42,792 nucleotides of DNA from Anaerolineales bacterium (GTDB lineage: Bacteria > Chloroflexota > Anaerolineae > Anaerolineales > DRMV01), in contig JALSPJ010000102.1 of the NCBI GenBank assembly GCA_026985995.1, positions 1 through 42,792 on the forward strand, written 5' to 3'. Below the pieces are notes generated by a model. That model saw only the letters and a list, made by a program, of their open reading frames with translations, was not told the DNA's origin and ran no database searches. A program made the position numbers and the translations under genes. This document shows, piece after piece, positions 8,890-17,813 of the stretch (position 1 is its first letter; the number at the start of each line of letters is the position of its first letter).

Positions 8890-9990
8890 TCACGCCTCCC
8901 CGTGGCTGGCCCAAACCTGGTACAGGGCCGGGTGTACGATGCGTCCATCCCGGGTTTGCACGCCCCGGGCCAGGGCGGGGAAGTCCCGCAGGGCCGCGTC
9001 CAGGCCCCGGTCGGCGATGGCTTGCACCCAGGGCAGCAGCGCGTTGCTGATGGTGTGCGTGGCGGTGCGGCCCAGCACGCCCGTAACATTGGGCACGCAG
9101 TAGTGGATGACACCCTCTTCGACGAAGGTAGGGTGGTCGTGTTGGGTGGGCCGGCTGGTTTCGGCCGCGCCGCCCTGGTCGATGGAAAAATCCATCAGCA
9201 CCGAGCGGGGGCGCATGGTGCGCAGCAGCTCCCGGGTGACGATGACAGGCGCGCGGTAGCCGGGCTGGTTGACGGCCAGCACCAGCACATCGGCGAAGGA
9301 AAGCACCTTACGCACATTGTGCGCGGTGGCCAGCAGGGTCACCACCCGACCGTGGGACCAACGGTCCACGGCTTCCAGGGCCTGGGGCCGCACATCCAGG
9401 GCATACACCGAGGCCCCTAAGGCGGCGAAGGCCAGCGCGGCCTCGCTGCCCACGGAGCCCACGCCAATGATGACCACCTCGGCGGGGGGCACGCCGGGCA
9501 CGCCGCCCAGCAAAATGCCTTTGCCGCCGGCGTCGTTCCGCAACAGGGAACCGGCGATGGTGGGCGCGAAACGCCCGGCCAGTTTGGCAATGGGGTGCAG
9601 CAGGGGTTTGTAGCCGTCGTCTTCCTGAATGGTTTCCAGGGCGATGGCCGTGACCCGGTTTTCCAGCAGTGTGCGCACTTTGTTGGGGTGGGCCGAGGCC
9701 AGGTGCAAAAAGGCCATGAGAACCTGGCCCTCGTGCAAGCGTTCCAGCTCCTCTTGCAGCGGCCGGGTGACTTTGACCACCAGTTCCCCGCGCTGGTAGG
9801 CTTCTTCCGCGGAATAGACGATGGTCGCGCCCGCGGCTTCGTAGTCGGCGTCCCGAAAGCCCGAGCCCGCGCCGGCCTGGTGTTCCACATACACCCGATG
9901 CCCCCGTCGGGTGAGCTCGTGCACCGCGGCCGGGGTCAGAGCCACCCGATATTCGCAGGGGCGACGCTCTTTGGGCAGGCCGATGTCCAT
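8890..9990 (-). CDS. ald: Alanine dehydrogenase
   Basis: MDIGLPKE..EYRVALTP N-terminus and NAD fold VVIIGVGSVGSEAA. GGAGGG lies 5 nt before the ATG at 9990. Confidence 0.92.
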   Translation of the reverse strand: MDIGLPKERRPCEYRVALTPAAVHELTRRGHRVYVEHQAGAGSGFRDADYEAAGATIVYSAEEAYQRGELVVKVTRPLQEELERLHEGQVLMAFLHLASAHPNKVRTLLENRVTAIALETIQEDDGYKPLLHPIAKLAGRFAPTIAGSLLRNDAGGKGILLGGVPGVPPAEVVIIGVGSVGSEAALAFAALGASVYALDVRPQALEAVDRWSHGRVVTLLATAHNVRKVLSFADVLVLAVNQPGYRAPVIVTRELLRTMRPRSVLMDFSIDQGGAAETSRPTQHDHPTFVEEGVIHYCVPNVTGVLGRTATHTISNALLPWVQAIADRGLDAALRDFPALARGVQTRDGRIVHPALYQVWASHGEA

Positions 9991-10110
9991 CGTTTCCCTC
10001 CGGTCAAGGCTACTTTGATTATACCGACGGGCAGGGGTGCAGGAAGGCACGCGTCGCGGACGCCAGTTCCCCTGAAAACCCACGGCCCCCAAAAGCGGGG
10101 GCCACGCGGG

Positions 10111-10563
10111 TCATTCCTCGAAAATCCAGCGGTCCAGGTCTCGCTGCCACTCGACCAATTCTTCGGGGCGGAACCACAGCCCGATTTCGAAGGCCGCGGT
10201 TTCGGGGCCGTCGGACGCGTGGGTGAGGTTGCGCCCGATTTGCAGGCCAAAGTCGTGGCGAATGGTGCCGGGCGCGGCCTCGGTGGGCCGGGTGGCGCCC
10301 ATGGTCTGCCGCACCGCGGCGATGGCGTTGGGGCCTTCCCATACCATGGCCATCACCGGCCCCGAAGTGATGTAGGCGATGAGGCCCTCGTAGAAGGGCT
10401 TTCCTTTGTGCACCGCGTAGTGTTGTTCGGCCAATTCGCGGGAGACCCGCATGAACTTGGCCGCCACCAGGCGCAGGCCGCGGTTTTCGAGCCGGCGAAT
10501 GACTTCGCCAATCAGGCCCCGTTGCACGCCGTCGGGTTTGACCATGACGAAAGTGCGCTCCAT
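10111..10563 (-). CDS. ndk: Nucleoside diphosphate kinase
   Basis: [22 protein letters not shown]...NLTHASD (active-site His). Confidence 0.95.
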   Translation of the reverse strand: MERTFVMVKPDGVQRGLIGEVIRRLENRGLRLVAAKFMRVSRELAEQHYAVHKGKPFYEGLIAYITSGPVMAMVWEGPNAIAAVRQTMGATRPTEAAPGTIRHDFGLQIGRNLTHASDGPETAAFEIGLWFRPEELVEWQRDLDRWIFEE

Positions 10564-10577
10564 GAAAACGCCTCCTG

Positions 10578-10606
10578 AAAAAGAAATGGGGCCCCGTTGG
10601 GGGCCC
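10578..10606 (-). terminator. Possible terminator hairpin after the giant repeat gene
   Basis: The minus strand reads GGGCCCCC-AAC-GGGGCCCC (7 bp with one C:C mismatch) followed by ATTTCTTTTT. It abuts the ndk SD. Confidence 0.4.
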
Positions 10607-10627
10607 TTGGATTGTACCCGGGTTGGC

Positions 10628-13600
10628 TCAGCGAAGCAACTCTTCGGCCTTCATGTAGGTGTCCAAGGCGTCTTGCAGCCGTCCGGCTTTGGCAAACGCG
10701 TCGCCCAGGAGTTGCAGCAGCTCCACGCTCATGGGGTAGTAGTACTGGGCCTGCAGCAGGTCCTCGATGACCTCGGTGAGGTATTTGCGCCGACGCACCA
10801 AGCGGCGGTAGTAACGCAGACCGGTTTCCAGCTCGTAACGGGCGATGGCCTCCCGGGCGCGGCGCAGGTCCTCTAAGTAGGGGTCGGCCTCCACCGGCAA
10901 GGGCTTGAGGGGCATGGTTTCCGGCGGCGGGATGTGTTGTTGCGTGGGCACCCACGCCGGTGGGGTGATGTCCACGGCTTCCTCTTCGTCGCTTTCGGTG
11001 ACCTCCTGGACCCACTCCAAGGCTTCTTGCCCCAAGGGGTGGGTTTCGCGCGCCTGGGCCGGGGCTTCGGCTTCGGTCGTGGGGGCCGGTGCTTCGCCGG
11101 TGGTGGCCCACTCCTGCGGTGGGAGCAGCCACTCGGGGGGTTCTTCCTCCACCTGAGGGCGCTTTCGCGACCCGGCTCCGCGGGGTTGGGCCTCCATCCA
11201 GGCCAGGTTGGCGATGGCGTCTTCCAGCGCCTCGGGGGAGGGCGGTGCCATGTCTTCCTCGGCCTCGGGGCCGGGCGGCGCTTCGGTCTTGCCGGGTTCG
11301 GGTTGGGCCTCGGCCGCGGCTTCGGCCAGCCAGTCGGGCAATTCGCCGGCTGCCGCGGCTTCGGCCTCGGCTTCTGGACGAGGTAGCGCCTCGCCCCTAC
11401 CGGGTTCGGGTTCGGGTTCGGGTTCGGCCGTGGGTTCGGACTGGGCTTCGGCCAGCCACTCGGGGAGTTCCGCGGCCTCCGAGGCTTCGGCCTCGGCCTC
11501 TGGGCGAGGCAGCGCTTCGTCCCTACCGGGTTCGGCTTCGGCCGTGGGTTCGGGTTGGGTTTCGGCCGCGGCGGGCGCTTCCGCGGCTTCGCGGAAGGTT
11601 AGCAGCTCCTCGGTCTTGGCCCCCTGCCGCGCGGCCAGCTGTTCCAGCCAGGCCAAGGCCGCCTCTTCATCGCTCAGGGCTTCCAGGGGAATTTCTGCCT
11701 CGGCCGCGGCTTCGGCTTCGGCCTCTGGGCGAGGCAGCGCCTCGCCCCTACCGGGTTCGGGTTCGGCCGTGGGTTCGGGTCGGGTCTCGGCCGCGGCTTC
11801 GGCCAGCCAGTCGGGGAGTTCCGCGGCCTCCGCGGCTTCGGCCGCGGCCTCCGGGCGAGGCAGCGCTTCGCCCCTACCGGGTTCGGGTTCAGCCGTGGGC
11901 TCGGGTTGGGCTTCGGCCGCGGCTTCGGCCAGCCACTCGGGGAGTTCGCCGGCTTCCACGGCTTCGGCCTCGGCCTCCGGGCGAGGCAACGCTTCGCCCC
12001 TACCGGGTTCGGCTTCGGCCCCGGCGGGTTCAGCCTCGGCCGCGGCTTCGGCCAGCCATTCGGGCAATTCGCCAGCGGCCGCGGGCTCGGCTTCGGCTTC
12101 CGGGCGAGGCAACGCCTCGCCCCTACGGGGTTCGGGTTCGGCTTCGGGGCCGGGCGGCGCTTCGGCCGCGGCGGCTTCTTCCGCGGCTTCGCGGAAGGTC
12201 AGCAGCTCCTCGGTCTTGGCGCCCTGCCGCGCGGCCAGCTGCTCCAGCCAGGCCAAGGCCGCCTCTTCGTCGCTCAGGGCCTCCAGGGGGATTTCTGCCT
12301 CGGCCGCGGCTTCGGCTTCGGCCTCTGGGCGAGGCAACGCCTCGCCCCTACCGGCTTCGGCTTCGGCCGTGGGTTCGGACTGGGCTTCGGCCGCGGCTTC
12401 GGCCAGCCAGTCGGGGAGTTCCGCGGCCTCCGCGGGTTCGGCCTCGGCCTCCGGGCGAGGCAACGCCTCGCCCCTACCGGGCGGCGCTTCTGCCCGGCCT
12501 TCGGCCTCGGCGGGCTCTTCCGCGGCTTCGCGGAAGGTCAGCAGCTCCTCGGTCTTGGCGCCCTGCCGCGCGGCCAGCTGCTCCAGCCAGGCCAAGGCCG
12601 CCTCTTCGTCGCTCAGGGCTTCCAGCGGGATTTCCGCCTCGGCCGCGGCTTCGGCCTCAGCCTCTGGGCGAGGCAGCGCTTCGCCCCTACCGGGTTCGGC
12701 CTCGGCCGTGGGTTCGGGTTGGGTCTCGGCCGCGGCTTCGGCCAGCCAGTCGGGGAGTTCCGCGGCCTCCGCGGCTTCGGCCGCGGCCTCTGGGCGAGGC
12801 AGCGCTTCGTCCCTACCGGGTTCGGGTTCGGCCGTGGGTTCGGGTTGGGTCTCGGCCGCGGCTTCGGCCAGCCAGTCGGGGAGTTCCGCGGCCTCCGCGG
12901 CTTCGGCCTCCGGGCGAAGCGGCGCTTCGCCCCTACCGGGTTCGGCCTCGGCGGGCTCTTCCGCGGCTTCGCGGAAGGTCAGCAGTTCTTCGGTCTTGGC
13001 CCCCTGCCGCGCGGCCAGCTGCTCCAGCCAGGCCAAGGCCGCCTCTTCGTCGCTCAGGGCTTCCAGGGGGATTTCCGCCTCGGCCGCGGGCTCGGCTTCG
13101 GCCTCGGGGCGAGGCAGCGCTTCGCCCCTACCGGGTTCGGGTTCGGCCGTGGGTTCGGGTTGGGCCTCGGCCGCGGCTTCGGCCAGCCAGTCGGGGAATT
13201 CGCCGGCTTCCGCGGGTTCGGCTTCGGCTTCTGGGCGAGGCAACGCCTCGCCCCTACCGGCCGTGGGTTCGGCCTCGGCCCCGGCGGGTGCGGCCTCGGC
13301 TGCGGCTTCGGCCAGCCACTCGGGCAATTCGCCGGCGGCCGCGGCTTCGGCCTCGGTCTCCGGGCGAGGCAACGCCTCGCCCCTACGGGGTTCGGGTTCG
13401 GCTTCGGGGCCGGGCGGTGCTTCGGCCGCGGTGGGTTCTTCCGCGGCTTCGCGGAAGGTCAGCAGTTCTTCGGTCTTGGCCCCTTGCCGCGCGGCCAGCT
13501 GTTCCAGCCAGGCCAAGGCCGCATCTTCGTCGCTCAGGGCTTCCAGGGGGATTTCCGCCTCGGCCGCGGCTTCGGCCTCGGCCTCCGGGCGAGGCAACGC

Positions 13601-16264
13601 CTCGCCCCTACCGGGCGGCGCTTCTGCCCGGCCTTCGGCCGCGGCGGCTTCTTCCGCGGCTTCGCGGAAGGTCAGCAGTTCTTCGGTCTTGGCACCCTGG
13701 CGGGCGGCCAGCTGCTCCAGCCAGGCCAGGGCCGCATCTTCGTCGCTCAGGGCTTCCAGGGGGATTTCTGCCTCGGCCGCGACTTCAGCCTCGGCTTCTG
13801 GGCGAGGCAGCGCTTCGCCCCTACCGGGTTCGGGTTCGGCCGTGGGTTCGGACTGGGCTTCGGCCGCGGCTTCGGCCAGCCACTCGGGGAGTTCACCGGC
13901 TGCCGCGGCTTCGGCTTCGGCCTCTGGGCGAGGCAGCGCTTCGCCCCTACCAGGTTCGGGTTCGGCCGTGGGTTCGGGTCGGGCTTCGGCCGCGGCTTCG
14001 GCCAGCCAGTCGGGCAATTCGCCGGCTTCCACGGCTTCGGCTTCGGCCTCTGGGCGAGGCAGCGCCTCGCCCCTACCGGGTTCGGGTTCGGCTTCGGGGC
14101 CGGGCGGTGCTTCGGCCGCGGTGGGCTCTTCCGCGGCTTCGCGGAAAGTCAGCAGTTCTTCGGTTTTGGCCCCCTGCCGCGCGGCCAGCTGCTCCAGCCA
14201 GGCTAAGGCCGCATCTTCATCGCTCAGGGCTTCCAGGGGGATTTCTGCCTCAGCCGCAGGTTCGGCTTCGGCCTCGGCTTCTGGGCGAGGCAGCGCCTCG
14301 CCCCTACCGGGTTCGGGTTCGGCCGTGGGTTCGGGTTGGGCTTCGGCCGCGGCTTCGGCCAGCCAGTCGGGCAATTCGCCAGCGGCCGCGGCTTCGGCTT
14401 CGGCCTCTGGGCGAGGCAGCGCCTCGCCCCTACCGGCTTCGGCTTCGGCCGTGGGTTCGGACTGGGCTTCAGCCGCGGCTTCAGCCAGCCACTCGGGGAG
14501 TTCGCCGGCTGCCGCGGCTTCGGCCTCCGGGCGAAGCGGCGCTTCGCCCCTACCGGCTTCGGCCTTGGTGGGCTCTTCCGCGGCTTCGCGGAAGGTCAGC
14601 AGCTCCTCGGTCTTGGCACCCTGGCGGGCGGCCAGCTGCTCCAGCCAGGCCAAGGCCGCCTCTTCGTCGCTTAGGGCTTCCAGGGGGATTTCTGCCTCGG
14701 CCGCAGGTTCGGCTTCGGCTTCTGGGCGAGGCAGCGCCTCGCCCCTACGGGGTTCGGGTTCGGCCGTGGGTTCGGACTGGGCTTCGGCCGCGGCTTCGGC
14801 CAGCCACTCGGGCAATTCGCCGGCTTCCGCGGGTTCGGCCTCGGCTTCTGGGCGAGGCAGCGCTTCGCCCCTACGGGGTTCGGGTTCGGCTTCTTCGACC
14901 GCGGCCGCGAGCCAATCGGGGAGCCCGGTTTCTTCCACGGGCGCGGCGGCTTCTTCCATCGGCGTGCTTTCCAGCCAGGTGGCCAGGTCTTCTAACGCGC
15001 TCTCTGCGTCGCCCTCGGGAAGCCAATCCGCGGTCCCCGCGGGCCCCTCTTCGGCTTCTGCCGCAGGCTCGGCCGCGGTTTCCGCTTCGGCCGCGGCTTG
15101 CTGGGCGCGCAGGGCTTGCAGCCACTCGGGAATTTCGCCCTCGACCAGCTCGGCTTCTTCTTCCTCCTCGGCCTCATCCCCGACCGGGGCCTGGGCTGCT
15201 GCGGCGTCTAAGGGAACGGACGGGTCGCGCGGCGCCCAGCCGCTCTTCTGCATCCACTCGGGGATGAGCTCCTCGGCCTGCTCGGGAGGAACATAAGGGC
15301 CACTCTCGGCCGATGTTTCCTCGGCCTCGGCCGTTTCTACCGCCTCGCTGAGGGCGAAAATTTCGTCCTCGGGTGGGCCGGTGTCCTCTTCCTCGTCCAG
15401 CAGGCCCGTTTGCCGGGCCACGGCTTCCAGTTCCTCCAGCATGGGCATTTCGGCCTCGTCGGGCGCGGGCAGGGCATCTAAGTCGCTGGTGAACTCCATC
15501 TCCAGCCGCGGGATGCGCACCTTTTCGGCCGGAACCTGCTCCGCGGTGGGGAATTCGTTGCCGACGAAGGCCTCGTAGGGGTCCAGCTCCAACACCCGGG
15601 ACCAGTATTGCTGGGCTTCTTCCTCCCGGCCCTGACGCCGCAGGATGGCGGCCATGATGCGGTTGGCCTGCAGACAGTAGGGCAGTTTTTGCAGCAGGCG
15701 CTGGGCTGTGTCGATGGCTCGCGCCCATTGCTGGGCCTCGAAGTACGCCTGGGCCAGCAGGGCCTGGGCGTCCAGGCGGCGCGGGTCTTGCTGCAGCACG
15801 GCCTGCAATTCGATGATGCTTTGGTTGTACAGTCCACTTTGCAGATAGACGCGCGCCAGAGCCACCCGGGTGAAACGAATACGCGGCGGGGCAACGCCAT
15901 CCCGCTCCCGATACAGGCGGCGCAGTTCCTCCTGGATGGCGACATGGGTGGGCTGGGCCTCGAACGCGCGCTCCATGTGCCAGATGGCCGCGTCCAGGTT
16001 GCCCTCTTCTTCGCGGATGGTGGCCATGCCGAAATGGGCCAAAAAATCGTCGGGCACAGCCGACAGCACCCGTTGGAAGAGGTCCGCGGCCTCGGGAAAA
16101 CGCCGGTTGCTGAGGTAGATTTCCCCCAGCACCCGATAGACAGGCAGATATTTGGGGTAATGGCGCAGGATGTGCCGGGCGTGCAGAATCGCCTCTTCGT
16201 AGCGCTCGTCCTGCACCATTTCTACAATTTGTTGCAGATAAGTGCGCAAACCGATTTCGTTCAT
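10628..16264 (-). CDS. Giant (1878 aa) TPR-flanked, highly acidic modular repeat protein
   Basis: N-terminal TPR region (about 290 aa) and a C-terminal TPR-like region are joined in one frame by an Ala/Glu/Pro-rich array. The ATG at 16264 begins [14 protein letters not shown]; the track ORF starts 29 codons upstream. Confidence 0.85.
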   Translation of the reverse strand: MNEIGLRTYLQQIVEMVQDERYEEAILHARHILRHYPKYLPVYRVLGEIYLSNRRFPEAADLFQRVLSAVPDDFLAHFGMATIREEEGNLDAAIWHMERAFEAQPTHVAIQEELRRLYRERDGVAPPRIRFTRVALARVYLQSGLYNQSIIELQAVLQQDPRRLDAQALLAQAYFEAQQWARAIDTAQRLLQKLPYCLQANRIMAAILRRQGREEEAQQYWSRVLELDPYEAFVGNEFPTAEQVPAEKVRIPRLEMEFTSDLDALPAPDEAEMPMLEELEAVARQTGLLDEEEDTGPPEDEIFALSEAVETAEAEETSAESGPYVPPEQAEELIPEWMQKSGWAPRDPSVPLDAAAAQAPVGDEAEEEEEAELVEGEIPEWLQALRAQQAAAEAETAAEPAAEAEEGPAGTADWLPEGDAESALEDLATWLESTPMEEAAAPVEETGLPDWLAAAVEEAEPEPRRGEALPRPEAEAEPAEAGELPEWLAEAAAEAQSEPTAEPEPRRGEALPRPEAEAEPAAEAEIPLEALSDEEAALAWLEQLAARQGAKTEELLTFREAAEEPTKAEAGRGEAPLRPEAEAAAAGELPEWLAEAAAEAQSEPTAEAEAGRGEALPRPEAEAEAAAAGELPDWLAEAAAEAQPEPTAEPEPGRGEALPRPEAEAEAEPAAEAEIPLEALSDEDAALAWLEQLAARQGAKTEELLTFREAAEEPTAAEAPPGPEAEPEPGRGEALPRPEAEAEAVEAGELPDWLAEAAAEARPEPTAEPEPGRGEALPRPEAEAEAAAAGELPEWLAEAAAEAQSEPTAEPEPGRGEALPRPEAEAEVAAEAEIPLEALSDEDAALAWLEQLAARQGAKTEELLTFREAAEEAAAAEGRAEAPPGRGEALPRPEAEAEAAAEAEIPLEALSDEDAALAWLEQLAARQGAKTEELLTFREAAEEPTAAEAPPGPEAEPEPRRGEALPRPETEAEAAAAGELPEWLAEAAAEAAPAGAEAEPTAGRGEALPRPEAEAEPAEAGEFPDWLAEAAAEAQPEPTAEPEPGRGEALPRPEAEAEPAAEAEIPLEALSDEEAALAWLEQLAARQGAKTEELLTFREAAEEPAEAEPGRGEAPLRPEAEAAEAAELPDWLAEAAAETQPEPTAEPEPGRDEALPRPEAAAEAAEAAELPDWLAEAAAETQPEPTAEAEPGRGEALPRPEAEAEAAAEAEIPLEALSDEEAALAWLEQLAARQGAKTEELLTFREAAEEPAEAEGRAEAPPGRGEALPRPEAEAEPAEAAELPDWLAEAAAEAQSEPTAEAEAGRGEALPRPEAEAEAAAEAEIPLEALSDEEAALAWLEQLAARQGAKTEELLTFREAAEEAAAAEAPPGPEAEPEPRRGEALPRPEAEAEPAAAGELPEWLAEAAAEAEPAGAEAEPGRGEALPRPEAEAEAVEAGELPEWLAEAAAEAQPEPTAEPEPGRGEALPRPEAAAEAAEAAELPDWLAEAAAETRPEPTAEPEPGRGEALPRPEAEAEAAAEAEIPLEALSDEEAALAWLEQLAARQGAKTEELLTFREAAEAPAAAETQPEPTAEAEPGRDEALPRPEAEAEASEAAELPEWLAEAQSEPTAEPEPEPEPGRGEALPRPEAEAEAAAAGELPDWLAEAAAEAQPEPGKTEAPPGPEAEEDMAPPSPEALEDAIANLAWMEAQPRGAGSRKRPQVEEEPPEWLLPPQEWATTGEAPAPTTEAEAPAQARETHPLGQEALEWVQEVTESDEEEAVDITPPAWVPTQQHIPPPETMPLKPLPVEADPYLEDLRRAREAIARYELETGLRYYRRLVRRRKYLTEVIEDLLQAQYYYPMSVELLQLLGDAFAKAGRLQDALDTYMKAEELLR
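11290..14893 (-). repeat. In-frame tandem array: 23 H modules ([14 protein letters not shown]) followed by 15 W units (ELP[ED][17 protein letters not shown]) or 8 B units ([11 protein letters not shown][ED][29 protein letters not shown])
   Basis: Counted by hand on the DNA. Each H module contains the 21-nt palindrome GGGCGAGGC-nnn-GCCTCGCCC (example 11727-11747). First copy at 11376-11396, last at 14850-14870. Units are near-identical at DNA level. Confidence 0.9.
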
Positions 16265-16308
16265 GGTCGTGCCTCGCCGCGCGCCGAAATGCGGGTGAAC
16301 CTGGCAAT

Positions 16309-16337
16309 AGTATATCAACAATCCACAACCTTGTCCA
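16309..16337 (-). promoter_or_regulatory. Putative sigma-70-type promoter of the giant gene (TGGACA-17-TATACT)
   Basis: On the minus strand the -35 TGGACA is at 16337-16332, followed by a 17-nt spacer and the -10 TATACT at 16314-16309. This lies about 45 nt upstream of the ATG. Confidence 0.5.
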
Positions 16338-16369
16338 TGACCCGCGACCATATAAGAGGAAGTCGCGGC

Positions 16370-16846
16370 CTACCCATCGTCGCCTGCGCCTCGGGAGGAA
16401 GGCCCTTGGGGAGGACGCGCGCTGGGCGGCGCGTACAGGGGAAGCAGGTCCTCTAAATCGGGATGCCGCGCCAGCATGGCCCGCACCAGGCGCAGCAAAT
16501 GCTCCCGGGGCCAGCGGGCCAGGCTTTGCCGGTAAACCGACGCCGGCCGGAACTGCCCGGGGTGGGCCAGCCAGTGCAGCAGCACCGCGGCCACATGCTT
16601 GCAGCGCCCATCTCGGCCTGCGGGGCAGGTGCACCAGGCCTCGCCGATGCCCGCGGGCGTCAGGCGCACTTCCACCCGGTAAGGCTCACGCGCCTGGCCC
16701 TGGCACCAGGCTTTGAGGCGCCAGCCCTCCCGCCGGGGGTGCAGCACCCGCCCCTGGCGCTGATACCACTGCCCCCGTTTGAACGCGTTGGGGCCCACCC
16801 ATTGCTGCACCGCGCGCGCGTCCAACGACGGTTCCACCGAGGACAT
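16370..16846 (-). CDS. SWIM zinc-finger protein
   Basis: CTCPAGRDGRCKHVAAVLLH matches the CxC..CxH SWIM signature. GGAGG lies 8 nt before the ATG at 16846, and a TACAAT lies at 16881-16876 on the minus strand. Confidence 0.8.
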   Translation of the reverse strand: MSSVEPSLDARAVQQWVGPNAFKRGQWYQRQGRVLHPRREGWRLKAWCQGQAREPYRVEVRLTPAGIGEAWCTCPAGRDGRCKHVAAVLLHWLAHPGQFRPASVYRQSLARWPREHLLRLVRAMLARHPDLEDLLPLYAPPSARPPQGPSSRGAGDDG

Positions 16847-16985
16847 GACAGGTGCCTCCAACCCGGGCTGCTTTCATTGTAGAAAGCCCGGCGGGCGAGG
16901 TCAAGCCACGGGGTCATATCCCACACCAACGCGGGGAGGACGGCGATGGGGAGCGGCGTCCTCGGTGGCTGGCGGCTGGCGGCTG

Positions 16986-17015
16986 TTGACGCGCGACGCG
17001 CCTCGCGTCTATACT
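16986..17015 (+). promoter_or_regulatory. Putative promoter TTGACG-18-TATACT
   Basis: -35 at 16986-16991 and -10 at 17010-17015, 30 nt upstream of the ATG at 17046. The spacer contains GACGCG/CGCGTC dyads. Confidence 0.5.
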
Positions 17016-17045
17016 TGGCCCATCCCGACCCCTGGGGAGGCGTTC

Positions 17046-17813
17046 ATGGTGACCATGCCCGATCCGGTGGAAATTCTGCACGCGTCGTTCCCCGCGCTGG
17101 CGAGGCCCACCCGGCCGGCCATCACCCTTACCTATGCCCAAACCCTCGACGGTAGCATCGCGGTGCGCGCGGATGCCCGGCTGGTCATCAGCGGGCCGGA
17201 GACCAAACACCTGACACACCGCCTGCGCGCCGCGCACGATGCCATTCTGGTGGGCGTGGGCACGGTGCTGGCCGATGACCCCAAGCTGACCGCGCGGCGG
17301 GTGGGCGGCCCGCACCCTAAGCCCGTGGTGCTCGACAGCCGGCTGCGCACGCCGCCCACCGCGCGGGTGCTGCAACATCCCCGGGGCGTCGTCATCGTCA
17401 CCACACAGCAGGCCGATGCGCAGCGGGCCGCGGCCCTGCAGGCCCAGGGCGCGCAAGTGCTGCGGGTTCCGCCCGGGCCCAACGGCGTGGACCTGCCGGC
17501 CGCGCTGGCCGCGCTGCGACAACAGGGCATCGTCAGCCTGATGGTGGAAGGCGGCGCGCGCGTGCTGACCGCGTTCCTGCGCCAGCGGTTGGGCGACTGG
17601 CTGCTGGTGACCATTGCGCCCTTTTTGGTGGGCGGCGTGCCCGTGCTGGCCCAACCCGTCGCGCCCCAGCCCAACCCGCCGTCGGACCTGGCTGCGTTCC
17701 CCCGGGTGGCGCGCCCCCAATGGCAGGCCTATGGGCGGGACTGGGTGGTGTGGGGCCGTTTGGCCTGGCCCAAGGCCACTGCCCCCGAGCCGGTGCACGG
17801 AGGCGCCCCATGA
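17046..17813 (+). CDS. RibD C-terminal-domain (DHFR-like) reductase, no deaminase domain
   Basis: ITLTYAQTLDGSIA...RLRAAHDAILVGVGTVLADDPKLTAR...SLMVEGGARVL. GGGGAGG lies 6 nt before the ATG. Confidence 0.8.
   Translation: MVTMPDPVEILHASFPALARPTRPAITLTYAQTLDGSIAVRADARLVISGPETKHLTHRLRAAHDAILVGVGTVLADDPKLTARRVGGPHPKPVVLDSRLRTPPTARVLQHPRGVVIVTTQQADAQRAAALQAQGAQVLRVPPGPNGVDLPAALAALRQQGIVSLMVEGGARVLTAFLRQRLGDWLLVTIAPFLVGGVPVLAQPVAPQPNPPSDLAAFPRVARPQWQAYGRDWVVWGRLAWPKATAPEPVHGGAP

Noticed and set aside
11290-14893. Considered whether the regular repeats could be a CRISPR array
   Set aside because: The units are contiguous with no unique spacers and lie in one continuous open frame bounded by real protein domains. 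No cas genes or leader are present. The 25.4-26.0 kb repeat block likewise has irregular, shuffled modules rather than a repeat-spacer periodicity.
11089-15296. Very long plus-strand ORFs (1392, 1362, 766 and 112 aa) across the repeat array
   Set aside because: They are antisense or alternative-frame shadows of the minus-strand gene. Their products are monotonous Arg/Pro/Ser/Gly strings. They have no SD or promoter and do not connect to any recognisable domain. The minus-strand frame, by contrast, joins bona fide TPR regions at both ends.
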